From IMG/VR virus record IMGVR_UViG_3300005437_000011: DNA of 64,000 nucleotides; one strand, written 5' to 3'. Below the pieces are notes generated by a model. It was not told the DNA's origin. It searched no databases and saw nothing but the letters and a program-made list of their open reading frames with translations. Position numbers and translations under genes: made by a program. The stretch is from a virus (Duplodnaviria; Heunggongvirae; Uroviricota; Caudoviricetes). Shown here piece after piece: positions 55,189-64,000 of the stretch (its first letter is position 1; each line of letters starts with the position of its first letter).

Positions 55189-56279
55189 TTCGCAGAGAGT
55201 TTGCGTTTGCTAAACTTATCGGACCGCATTTCCGAGGAGTAGATCTGCGAGACGGACGAGCGATGGGTCTCGCACTTCAGAAGGCGTGCGAAGCGTTGCC
55301 CGAGCCTAACCGATCAATGCTGCATAGCAAGCTGGAGAATTATTTCAGGGACCCTAGCGATCTTGACGAACAAGAGGGCGTGAAGGGGATTACGTGGAGC
55401 GGGATTTGGGGGGCTTTCGGGATGCCGGTGGTCAACATACCAGAAGCGAAGATGGCGGCGTCGCTCTGCATGACGCGAATACCTAGTGAATACATCGACT
55501 CTGTCGTGCCGCCTTGGCCAGCGATGATGATTCGCGTTCCGGAAGATCTAGGGCTTGTGATCGATGGCGTGAGCGGCTTGAAAAATGGAGAGCAGGTCCC
55601 GTGCCGACTGATCAGTGTACGAAGGAGTTGGACGGTAAACTCAAGAGGCGAACCGTGGGAATCTTGGTATGTCCGCCTCAATGGCGTCTTGCTTGATGAC
55701 GGCACCGCCATGCTCAAGCGAGCTGCCGCCGATGCGCTGGCGCTTGGATTTACCGAAACGATGGTGATGGAGAACTATGGCAGGGACCTGGATCGAAGCC
55801 TCAATCATTCGATCACGGTTCCCATAGAACAGCTTTGCGAACCAAGCGAATGGGGCGGACCGACGGGACGATCGATGGAAATGGCCTGCCGTCTTGTCGC
55901 TGGTGCTTGCATGGCGTTTAGCTCAGGGATGGCGCGGCCGCAAAAGAGCACCGGCGGCGCGCTTAACAAGCGACAGGAGAAATTTCCAACCAGTAATCAA
56001 TACCTGCTGCGCGCGCCCATAAAGTTCAACGTGACGGCTGGCGTGAGGAATTACATCGCCAATGGCAAGAAGGGACGAGGCGGTCTGCAGTCGGTGCAGT
56101 ACGTTGTCCGCGGGCATTGGAAAAACCAAGTTCATGGGTCCGGCAGGGCCGAGCGCAAGTTCATTCACATCGAGCCCTATTGGCGCGGACCCGAAGACGC
56201 CCCGATCGCGGTGCGTTCACACATTCTGAAAGGAGCGATCAATGCACCTAGTGAAGAGTCACGAGAAACTGCTGAGTAA
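55185..56279 (+). CDS. hypothetical protein 'Y2' (paralog of 41299..42402)
   Basis: See Y1. The ATG overlaps the helicase stop. Confidence 0.55.
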   Translation: MIRREFAFAKLIGPHFRGVDLRDGRAMGLALQKACEALPEPNRSMLHSKLENYFRDPSDLDEQEGVKGITWSGIWGAFGMPVVNIPEAKMAASLCMTRIPSEYIDSVVPPWPAMMIRVPEDLGLVIDGVSGLKNGEQVPCRLISVRRSWTVNSRGEPWESWYVRLNGVLLDDGTAMLKRAAADALALGFTETMVMENYGRDLDRSLNHSITVPIEQLCEPSEWGGPTGRSMEMACRLVAGACMAFSSGMARPQKSTGGALNKRQEKFPTSNQYLLRAPIKFNVTAGVRNYIANGKKGRGGLQSVQYVVRGHWKNQVHGSGRAERKFIHIEPYWRGPEDAPIAVRSHILKGAINAPSEESRETAE

Positions 56280-56393
56280 CGGAAAGCGAATTTTCGTCAT
56301 GGAACATTGGCGCGAAGAAGCGCCAGCCGCTGAAGGAGCAAAATTCAAACGGACGCTGAGGCGGGCATCCAAGAAGAAAGCGCGAAGGTTGAA

Positions 56394-56771
56394 ATGAGCG
56401 ACGACGCGAGCAAGTGGACGCACTCTCATGCGTATGAGCAATTCAGAATCCTCTCCGTCGGAGCAAGCGCGCTGGCCGGGACGCGCGTGGTATTTTGGGA
56501 CGAAGGTCGTCGCAATGTGATGACGTACCCAGTGCTCGTTTGGGCGAACGTTCGGGTCCGATGGATGAACGTCGAGGTCAGAGGGAAAGAGAGGCGTTCG
56601 GTTCCGGATATCTGGGAGCGCGAGATCGTGGGGCTTGTCACTGGTGAATGCGGAAGCCTTAGCGTGGCCCGCGAATGCTCCAATTTCATTGGCTACGCCG
56701 CACCCGGAGAGTCGCTGTCTGCGTTTTACGCCGAAGGATTGGCTAAGTACGGCCCGGGAGCCTCGCGGTGA
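56394..56771 (+). CDS. hypothetical protein
   Basis: 125-aa ORF. Confidence 0.4.
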   Translation: MSDDASKWTHSHAYEQFRILSVGASALAGTRVVFWDEGRRNVMTYPVLVWANVRVRWMNVEVRGKERRSVPDIWEREIVGLVTGECGSLSVARECSNFIGYAAPGESLSAFYAEGLAKYGPGASR

Positions 56772-56959
56772 TGCGGTCGATTCCTGATGAGATCTATGCC
56801 GTGTTCATCAACGCCGAACCGTTCACTGGGTGTGAGGCGCTGAACACGTACTACCCGACCGCGGAGGAGGCGGAGGCCTGGGCGGCGAAGATACGAGACG
56901 TAGTCCCTCGCATCGAGACCACGGTCGTTCGCTTCGTTCGGGCGGACGCGCTCTCTTGA
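56768..56959 (+). CDS. hypothetical protein
   Basis: 63-aa ORF. Confidence 0.3.
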   Translation: MMRSIPDEIYAVFINAEPFTGCEALNTYYPTAEEAEAWAAKIRDVVPRIETTVVRFVRADALS

Positions 56960-56962
56960 CGC

Positions 56963-57304
56963 ATGATCGTTGTCCTCGGTCCAACGCACAGCACCTGTGA
57001 AGGGCGCTGGGCGTGGAACACCGCGATCGTCGGCGACATCTCGCCGCTCGGCGCGCAGCGCTTCCTGGGCAGCTACCACGCTGCCCCCGGTCCCTCCCCC
57101 GAAGCCTATGCCGCCAAGGTTGCGGCGCGCACCAATGGCTGTCGCGAGGTCGACGTGTACGACGGCGCGGGCTGGCGCATCGGGGTTCTGCGGCGGCGCA
57201 TCCGCGTGTCTGAGCAGTGGCTGGAGGACTACGGCGAGGCGGGCTACGCACGGGTGTGCGAGGAGATGCGGACTGGGGCGGCATTGATCGAGGTGATTCG
57301 CTGA
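56963..57304 (+). CDS. hypothetical protein
   Basis: 113-aa ORF. Confidence 0.4.
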   Translation: MIVVLGPTHSTCEGRWAWNTAIVGDISPLGAQRFLGSYHAAPGPSPEAYAAKVAARTNGCREVDVYDGAGWRIGVLRRRIRVSEQWLEDYGEAGYARVCEEMRTGAALIEVIR

Positions 57305-57413
57305 ATCGTGGCGGGCATCGCGGTCTCAGGGTGGCGTTTCGCCGCGTGGTCAGGTAATGTGGTGTCACTTGACCACGGTAGGCTTTTGCCCGTGGTCACC
57401 GGAGGATTCGCGA

Positions 57414-57769
57414 TGCCCGTCTCGTACGTCAGGAAGTCCCCGCCTACCCCGCTACCGAGCACCCTCGGAAGCGGTCAACTGACAACCATTGCCGAGAACC
57501 CCTACGTTCTTAGCGGGGAAGCCCGGCTGGTCGGGGATCTGTACTACGGGGAATGGCGCCGGGCAGAGGGCAAAGCCAGCACCTTCGTAGCGGCTCGCCT
57601 GGTCGATTGGGATCAGTGGCGCAGCGAGCGCGAGGTCGCGGAGGGGCTACTGGCGAAGAACCTGATCGAGGCGATAAATCCTCTGGGGTCCAGCATGCTT
57701 CTGACCGAGAAGCAGGCGCGAGAGGCCGAAGAAGACCCCGGCAAGCCGCTCGGGAAGGCGCTGTACTAA
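57414..57769 (+). CDS. hypothetical protein
   Basis: Start MPVSYVRK, placed after the palindrome at 57363-57374. Confidence 0.35.
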
Positions 57770-57862
57770 CAGGCTCCTGAAACGAAACCGGGACCAGCCG
57801 CCACAGCCAGTCCCGGTTAGCACTCCTGAACGTCGCCCAACGTTCCAAGGAGATGCTCAAAA

Positions 57863-58798
57863 ATGACCGAGATTGCAAGCGCGATCGAGCTGGACCCGAT
57901 CGCTAGTGAGTCAGTTGCCCCATCACCTACCCTGTCTCTCGTGCCGCCCGTAGCGGTCGAGATACGATGCGAGCTTCCAAAAGAGCGTCGACATCGCCCC
58001 GCCCGAGACGGCAACTATGATGAGCAGCTCGAGTGGCTGCTCCTTTGCGGTGACGCGGCGATGGGAGCGAGCGGCACGCTGGCCGGCGTGGTCTCCCAAA
58101 TCGAGCGCGGGTCGGTGGGCGGGACCGGGAACCTGGACGAGAACGGCTGCTACAAGCACCCATTTACCGACATGCAGCTCGGTGTCGGTGTCCTCGGAAT
58201 CGGGGAGGTTGAGCTCCACCGGCACCTGATGGCAGCCTGGCGCCTCGTCCCAGCCGCCACTCAGAACACCCTCTGCAAGCGGTACAGCGCGCCAAGAGCG
58301 CAGTACCGGGCAGACCAGGGGTTCGGCGCCAAGGACCGCTACGTCGAAGGCTCAGACGGCCGCGTGGGCCAGCACGACCCAACCCGGACGGGTAGCAACT
58401 CGAACACCAACGAGGGGCTCGGGGTGTACGCCGCCCTGGCCTTTGAGCTTTGCGACGACGCTGCCCAGCTGTTCATCGCCTGCGTCGAGCCCGCCCCGGT
58501 CCGAAAAGGCAAAATCAACCGGTCCGAGCAGACACGTCGGGCGAAGCTGGTTCGGGAGGCGCTGAACCGAGCTCACGCTGCGGACGCCGACGCCCATGAC
58601 ATCTGGTTTGCGGCCAAGCGCGCCGTGCCGGGCCTCAGGAGCTTCCAGGAGCGCACGGGACGCGCCCGCTGTCACTTGCCCACCGGAGCGCGCCAAGGCG
58701 GCCAGGGGCGGCGTGGCGGGGTCCTGATGCGGATGAGCGAGGCGGCCTTCGCTGAGGCGATGGAGCGCGGGATGGCGGCTGCCCAGGCGGCGGAATGA
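57863..58798 (+). CDS. hypothetical protein
   Basis: 311-aa ORF. Confidence 0.45.
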   Translation: MTEIASAIELDPIASESVAPSPTLSLVPPVAVEIRCELPKERRHRPARDGNYDEQLEWLLLCGDAAMGASGTLAGVVSQIERGSVGGTGNLDENGCYKHPFTDMQLGVGVLGIGEVELHRHLMAAWRLVPAATQNTLCKRYSAPRAQYRADQGFGAKDRYVEGSDGRVGQHDPTRTGSNSNTNEGLGVYAALAFELCDDAAQLFIACVEPAPVRKGKINRSEQTRRAKLVREALNRAHAADADAHDIWFAAKRAVPGLRSFQERTGRARCHLPTGARQGGQGRRGGVLMRMSEAAFAEAMERGMAAAQAAE

Positions 58799-59253
58799 CC
58801 CAGTTCAAACTCACCCGCCGGAACTGGCGCTGCGAAAAGCATCGGCCGCCGGGCTGCGAGGTCCTGCCGTCCGCGCATCTCGGGGTCGTTAACTGCCCCT
58901 GCGTCGTCTGCGGCGCGACGCCGACCGATCTGGTAGCGCGCGAACCCGAGCCGCCGAACTCAGCCGCCACGGACGTCGTGGGACAGCCGGTTGAGGTCAG
59001 AGAGTCCGGCCGAGCGCCCACAAACCTCCACGCCATCGACACCACCCGGTCGGAGTACTCGGCGGTCATCATCCAGCACCTCGAAGTCCTCCTGGAGCGG
59101 GCCAAGCGCGACGAGCTCCTGTGCCTGACCTGCGTGGTCGACGACGGCCAAAACTGGCAGGCGACATCGGCCGGGCGGCTGCGGAAATCGGACGCCCTGT
59201 ACGCGTTCGAGCTCTGGAAGCGGGACATCTGTTTTCCGGTGGGCGAGTCGTGA
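58795..59253 (+). CDS. hypothetical protein
   Basis: 152 aa. CPCVVCG. Confidence 0.4.
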   Translation: MTQFKLTRRNWRCEKHRPPGCEVLPSAHLGVVNCPCVVCGATPTDLVAREPEPPNSAATDVVGQPVEVRESGRAPTNLHAIDTTRSEYSAVIIQHLEVLLERAKRDELLCLTCVVDDGQNWQATSAGRLRKSDALYAFELWKRDICFPVGES

Positions 59254-59513
59254 ATCACGCTGAATGGCTGGCCGCACGCGAGGCGGAAATCGACGGGATG
59301 TGGGATTTGTTGGGAGCGACATTCGTTGACGAGCCGGAGGACGGGATAGAGACACCACCTGGTGCCATCGCGCCCTCAGATGTGGCCGAGATGCTCTACT
59401 GTCGAACAGGGATCCCCGGATGGCGCGTCTGGATCTCGCTCGAGGGTGAACTTGAGATTTTACCACCGCTGCGTGACCCGCTGGCGACTGACGGGACGGA
59501 GGGCGTGCTTTGA
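59250..59513 (+). CDS. hypothetical protein
   Basis: GTG start in a GTGA overlap. Confidence 0.3.
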   Translation: MNHAEWLAAREAEIDGMWDLLGATFVDEPEDGIETPPGAIAPSDVAEMLYCRTGIPGWRVWISLEGELEILPPLRDPLATDGTEGVL

Positions 59514-59884
59514 CTCCAGAGGATTTCTGTTTGCGGTTTGCGGGCATGGACGCGACGCAGCGCCGTCAAGTCGTTCGGAGTTGGTTCAGCCCGAGCACGG
59601 ATAGCGGATTTGTGCACGAAATAGTCAAGGACTTGGAGGCCGCATGGCCTGACGCAGGGTACGGCAAACGCCTCATGCTCGTGCAATTTGCCCGAGAGAC
59701 ATCAAACGGCGGAGTGGCTGGGAAGGTCGGGCATTGGGCAGCCAATCGACAGCGATCAGTAGAAAGCGGCGGCTTTATCACTGCGATGATGGCGACCCGT
59801 GAGCTGCATGGCGCAGCGCGTGGTGCTCTGCTGCGCGAATTGGGTTGGCATCCAGACAACTTCAGCAATTCAAGAGGCCGGTGA
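59510..59884 (+). CDS. hypothetical protein
   Basis: 124-aa ORF. Confidence 0.4.
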   Translation: MTPEDFCLRFAGMDATQRRQVVRSWFSPSTDSGFVHEIVKDLEAAWPDAGYGKRLMLVQFARETSNGGVAGKVGHWAANRQRSVESGGFITAMMATRELHGAARGALLRELGWHPDNFSNSRGR

Positions 59885-60285
59885 GGCCCCGCCGCGATCG
59901 TTGGTTCCTGCTCGTGGAACTCGCCAAGATTCTCGAGCCCAGCCACCCGAAGCTCGCCAGCATGACGCGCGCGACGCGCCGGAAGTACGTCTACCGCCTC
60001 CTCCGGTCGCTTGAGCGCAGGAACGCCACCACCTACGCGAAGCGGGTAGGGCGCGCGCTCTACGTGAGCAAGCGCGCCCTGGAGGATCTGTTGCCCCAAG
60101 AGACGCTCAAAGCGATCGACGACCTGGAGAAGAACACGATCGAAATCGGCCTAGAATGCAAGGACCTCCGCCGCCGTGTGAACGACCATGGTTCACGCAT
60201 CAGGATTCTTGAGCAGAAACAGAAACTTACCGCCACATTTATAGCCCAGATGGCGGAGCTCGACCGGGACGCGACTGGGACTTAA
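59881..60285 (+). CDS. hypothetical protein
   Basis: GTG start after the upstream stop. C-terminal coiled coil. Confidence 0.35.
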   Translation: MRPRRDRWFLLVELAKILEPSHPKLASMTRATRRKYVYRLLRSLERRNATTYAKRVGRALYVSKRALEDLLPQETLKAIDDLEKNTIEIGLECKDLRRRVNDHGSRIRILEQKQKLTATFIAQMAELDRDATGT

Positions 60286-60963
60286 CCGCCCATGGTTTCG
60301 TCGTGAACATTGAGAGCGCCGACGTAGGACGGTACGCTCCGAAGTGAGCGCGCAACGCGCGTCATGCCAGCCGAGCAGGGGAACCTGCCCATCAGCACAT
60401 ACCGCCGCCGCTTGGCTGAGCGCCGCGGACAATCTAATACGCATCGACGACGCCTTAGCGTGGGTTGACCGGTTCGAATCCGGTGCGATGCGCCTCACTC
60501 ACCTGAGCTGACGCACCCCTGCCCCGGCACTCTTCCGGTTCTGTCCCGGCACCGAGCGCTGAGCCCAGCCCCACGCTCCTGTCGTCGTCTGGATCCGCCG
60601 CATCCGGATAAAGGTCAGGTGCTCTGCAGTCCCCGCCCCAGCCGTCGGAGTCCCGAGGTGCTGGGTGTAGAAGTCGGCTAACGGTCGAGCTTTGGTTGTT
60701 TCCCTCATGAGGGGACGGCGTAAGCAATCCGCGGGCCAAGATGTCATCTGACCACTGACCACCACCTACCAGCCGCCACGATGAGCCCTAGCAAGCCGCA
60801 ACAGCGCCGCACTCGCACCCTGTACGCTGACCAGCACACCCCAGGTCAGCACCGCCCAGAACCCGCTCCAACCATGGGGTGGCCCACACTCAAGGCGAAG
60901 ATCGGGGAATTCGGGATTGCCCGGCAGATGCGCCGGAACGATGCCGAAGACAGGGCGAGCCGG

Positions 60964-61337
60964 TGAAGAAGTCGGGCAGGGAATTGAGGCGGGAGCGCTC
61001 TCGGCAATCCGCTGAGCAGAAGACGGGCAAAAGCCGCCCAACGTCGCCTCCGTCCCTGCAGGCTGCACCGCCGCCTGCGAAAGCCCTGTATTGCCGCCGC
61101 TGCGGGTCAACCTCGCACCTTGGATTCGGCTGCATGCCAACCCGAGCCGGCGGAATCGACTGGAAAGCCATCATGGCCTACCGAGTGAAGCCAGGCGTCG
61201 AGATGACGCTCGAGCAGATCGGCGAAATCGGTGGTGTCAGCCGAGAGCGTATTCGGCAGGTCGAGTTCGACGCACTGCGGAAGCTCGCCAGGCGCCCCTG
61301 CGTGAGGGCAGCGGTGAATGAGGCGCTGAGCTCGTAG
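60964..61337 (+). CDS. zinc-ribbon plus sigma-70 region-4-like HTH protein
   Basis: CRRCGSTSHLGFGC. MTLEQIGEIGGVSRERIRQVEFDALRKL resembles sigma-70 region 4. Confidence 0.4.
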
Positions 61338-61434
61338 GGGCCAAAACAGGACTCAGAGGCCGAGAGCTCGGTCATTTTTATGCTCAGTCGTCCACAGTGG
61401 GCCACGTTCTTGGCGCCTCGGCGCCGCAACATAG

Positions 61435-61959
61435 GTGCGCAAGCGCCACCCCCTCCACGCGACGCCAGCGGTTAATTGGGCGAATTGGGGCAGAGTGACA
61501 GAAGCAGAGCCCGCAAAGGCCAAGAGGCGTTCGGCACCAGCAAACGACGGTACCGTCAAGGCCCGTAAGAAGCTCAACAAGGTCGAGCGCATTGCCTACA
61601 TCGTGGGCATCATGGCCGAGAACCAGTGGGTCACCGGCATCACCGGCCCGCAGCTCGCGGCCAAGTGGAAGATCTCGATCGAGACGGTAGCGAAGGACGC
61701 CCAGGAGGCATCCCGTACCTTCAACGCCGACCCGACTGAACGCGCCGAGCTTCGAGCCCGTTGGTTCTCCAAGATTGAGTCGGCGCAGAAGAAGGCTCTC
61801 CGCAAGGGTCAGTTCATCGCCCTGGCCCAACTGCTCAAACTCGAAGGCGACCACCTCGGGGCATTCGATGTCACCGACAAGGGTGCGGCTACCAAGCACC
61901 GGGTCGAGGTGGTGTTCACCGACACCCAAGACCCTTCGGTTGGGTCGGCGCCGTCGTGA
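61435..61959 (+). CDS. candidate terminase small subunit (by position)
   Basis: 174 aa, directly upstream of and overlapping terL. Confidence 0.35.
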   Translation: MRKRHPLHATPAVNWANWGRVTEAEPAKAKRRSAPANDGTVKARKKLNKVERIAYIVGIMAENQWVTGITGPQLAAKWKISIETVAKDAQEASRTFNADPTERAELRARWFSKIESAQKKALRKGQFIALAQLLKLEGDHLGAFDVTDKGAATKHRVEVVFTDTQDPSVGSAPS

Positions 61960-63311
61960 GCGCCCGAATCGTTTTCAACCGACCGCAGTCGAAGGCGGCT
62001 CGGTTCGTCAAGCCAGGCCACACCGTCACGCTGGCCTTTGGTCGCGGGGTCGGCAAAAGCTACTTCATCCGGCGTCTCTGCTACCTGCTGCTCTCTCAAT
62101 GGGAGCACGTTGAACGGGTCACCAAAGACGGAACGATCCGCGGGATCCGGATCGTCTTCCTGCTGCCGACGTTCAAGCAGTTCAAGGACGTTCACGCCCG
62201 CGCGCTGATCAACGAGCTAGAAGGGGACTTCGCTTTCCTGGGCGCGGAGATCGACCGCACGACCTACACGGTCACCTTTCCAGGCGGGAGCTCGATTCAG
62301 GTCTTCCCAGCTACCGAACACGCCGGACAGCGAGCTCGCGGTATCCGTGCCGACGTTGCGGTGTTGGACGAGTGCGACGACATCGACATTAACCTGTACG
62401 ACGCCGTTGTCCGGCCATGGTTCACTGAACCTTGGTCACTCAAGATACGTCTGGCCAGCGGCACACCGAAGCGTGGTCGCCATGGGCTGCTCTACAAGCT
62501 TTTCCAGGCTGGGCAGCGCGGCGCGCGTGTCCGCAGCGGCGCTGAGCTTGATGTCAAAGGGCTTGAGATCGACGAGATCGCGGCTCTATCCGATTTCTAC
62601 TCGGTACATGCTACATGCCTCGACGCTCCCGAGAACGTCGACCAGCGTGAGGTCACAGCAGCTCGGTTGTCGATGCCGCTCGCGACCTTCGAGCGCGAAT
62701 ACCTTTGCAACTTCGACGCGGGCGAAGGCCTCGTCTATCCGTTCGAAGAATCGTTCCACGTCAAAGAGCCACCGCCGCTCTCCTCCTTCCGCGAGTTCCA
62801 TGTCGGGATGGATCACGGCTTCGTTGACCCAGGTGTCCTGCTTCTAGCAGGCATCCAAGGGCACGGAGAAGACGCCACGATCTGGTTCTTGGATGAGTCG
62901 TACGAGACTGCGGTGCCGAACCACATCTGGAACGAACGCGCCGCCGCGTGGCGCTACGCTCGCTTCTGGCCCGATCCATCGCGCCCTGATCGCATCAGCG
63001 ATCTCAAGGCTATGGGGCTCGACGTTGGCCAAGTCGACAACGACATCCTAGCCGGGATAGCACGCGTCGCCGAGCTCCTGTTCATCCGAACGGCTGAGAC
63101 CGGTGAGCGGTTCGCTCGCATGTACATCTCGCCTAAATGCGTGAATATGATTCGTGAGCTCGGCACATACCGCCGCAAGAAGCACACGGACGGCACGTTT
63201 GACGAGATGCCGGAGGACAAGTCGAACCATGCGATGGACAGCGCACGCTATCTCTGCGTGGGTCGCTTCGGGAGGGCTGAAAATTCACGAAACGTCGTCT
63301 CAGGCCGCTGA
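61956..63311 (+). CDS. terL: terminase large subunit
   Basis: Walker A FGRGVGKS. Walker B VAVLDECDD. C-terminal nuclease residues in MDHGFVDPG and DKSNHAMDSARY. Confidence 0.85.
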   Translation: MSARIVFNRPQSKAARFVKPGHTVTLAFGRGVGKSYFIRRLCYLLLSQWEHVERVTKDGTIRGIRIVFLLPTFKQFKDVHARALINELEGDFAFLGAEIDRTTYTVTFPGGSSIQVFPATEHAGQRARGIRADVAVLDECDDIDINLYDAVVRPWFTEPWSLKIRLASGTPKRGRHGLLYKLFQAGQRGARVRSGAELDVKGLEIDEIAALSDFYSVHATCLDAPENVDQREVTAARLSMPLATFEREYLCNFDAGEGLVYPFEESFHVKEPPPLSSFREFHVGMDHGFVDPGVLLLAGIQGHGEDATIWFLDESYETAVPNHIWNERAAAWRYARFWPDPSRPDRISDLKAMGLDVGQVDNDILAGIARVAELLFIRTAETGERFARMYISPKCVNMIRELGTYRRKKHTDGTFDEMPEDKSNHAMDSARYLCVGRFGRAENSRNVVSGR

Positions 63312-63317
63312 GTTCCA

Positions 63318-64000
63318 ATGCAAAACAACTCAGAACTTGCTGGCCTAGAGGAGGCGCGGAAGGCGTTCGAGGCCAATTGCTCGCGACGTTATACCGCGTT
63401 GGCAGCACTCGAAAGCTGGGTCGACGGGACACAGTACGCTGGCCGGAAGAGCTGGTGGGACGACTCGGTTCCGCTCTGGGAGCGTGCTCCCTGCGTTCGC
63501 TACCCAGTGGTCGAGATCGCGATCCAGTCGAACGTTGACCTTTGCCTGGGTGACTTCCGTTTCCCGACGTTCTCGGCTAAGCCGGGGGAGTCTGAGGCGA
63601 GCGAAGACAATGGCCTCGGCGAGGGCGACTCGGCTGCGGTCGATCGCTTCCTCACCGAATACCACAAGCTTTGCCAGTTTAGCTCTCACGTGAGTGAGGC
63701 TTATGCTGCGGCGCAGGGCTGCGGGACGGTGGTAGCGATCCACGGAGCTCGCAACGGGATCCCGTTCGCTGAGCTGTTCCCGGCAAAATCTTGCGAGCCA
63801 ACGCTGGGTGTCAATCGCGAAGTATTGGCTCTCGAGATCAAATACGCCTACCTGGAGGAGTACAAGCTCCCCGATGGGAAGTGGGCGGTTCGCGCGAAGC
63901 TCTACCGGCGCGTGATCAATGAGGCAACCGACACCACCTATCTGCCGGCAGACGCACAGATGAGCGGTGTCGAACCCAACTGGGTCCCCGATCCCAAGCA
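63318..64000 (+). CDS. probable portal protein, 5' partial (runs off the window end)
   Basis: ATG at 63318. The frame is open to position 64000 by manual translation. Position right after terL. Not in the ORF track because no stop lies within the window. Confidence 0.4.
   Translation, partial: MQNNSELAGLEEARKAFEANCSRRYTALAALESWVDGTQYAGRKSWWDDSVPLWERAPCVRYPVVEIAIQSNVDLCLGDFRFPTFSAKPGESEASEDNGLGEGDSAAVDRFLTEYHKLCQFSSHVSEAYAAAQGCGTVVAIHGARNGIPFAELFPAKSCEPTLGVNREVLALEIKYAYLEEYKLPDGKWAVRAKLYRRVINEATDTTYLPADAQMSGVEPNWVPDPK

Noticed and set aside
7969-60755. GGTCA-N2-TGACC sites as rho-independent terminators
   Set aside because: The 5-bp stem with a 2-nt loop is too small for a stable terminator hairpin. 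There are no U-tracts, and sites occur upstream of starts on both strands. A protein-binding site is more plausible.
63345-63743. 132-aa minus-strand ORF after terL
   Set aside because: The opposite-strand frame starting at ATG 63318 stays open to the end of the window and sits in the canonical portal position.
1-64000. CRISPR array, reverse transcriptase/DGR, or toxin-antitoxin with recognisable families
   Set aside because: No direct-repeat/spacer array was seen. No RT motifs (YxDD) were recognised in any ORF. The DUF433 protein (17228..17515) has no adjacent PIN or other recognisable toxin partner.

Overview
The window looks like most of the non-structural part of a temperate, high-GC (about 62-63%) phage or prophage genome, running into the start of the packaging and structural module. 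In order it contains: a leftward early operon of small genes (132-2680), a divergent cI-like/Cro-like HTH switch (3181-4004), further HTH genes, and a roughly 950-bp non-coding stretch with several tRNA or tRNA-like genes (5.5-6.4 kb). Then comes a long rightward block: HNH endonuclease, many small ORFs, tyrosine integrase with a T5orf172/GIY-YIG-like gene and an HxlR regulator (11.7-14.4 kb), a Gp37/Gp68 protein, a replication module (initiator-like, DnaC-like loader, DnaB helicase; 21.3-24.6 kb), RuvC resolvase, NT5C-type deoxyribonucleotidase, metallophosphoesterase, an SPFH/band-7 plus TPM-like pair, a VRR-NUC-like nuclease and an SNF2 helicase. A leftward block of small genes (41.3-48.7 kb) meets a rightward block (48.8-64 kb) at a divergent promoter. 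The rightward block carries an RNase II/R-like exoribonuclease with a C-terminal dsRBD, an SF2 helicase, the small and large terminase, and the 5' end of a probable portal gene. Points that stand out are a 16-bp palindrome GGTCA-N2-TGACC dispersed at gene junctions, a second palindrome (CTGATATCAG) clustered at the 48.7-kb divergent promoter, two unrelated paralogous gene families (X and Y) arranged as one intact pair and one split pair, two truncated TnpB-like N-termini, a truncated DNA methyltransferase start, and tRNA-like genes with over-long anticodon arms. All functional calls come from motif recognition by eye; no database search was possible.
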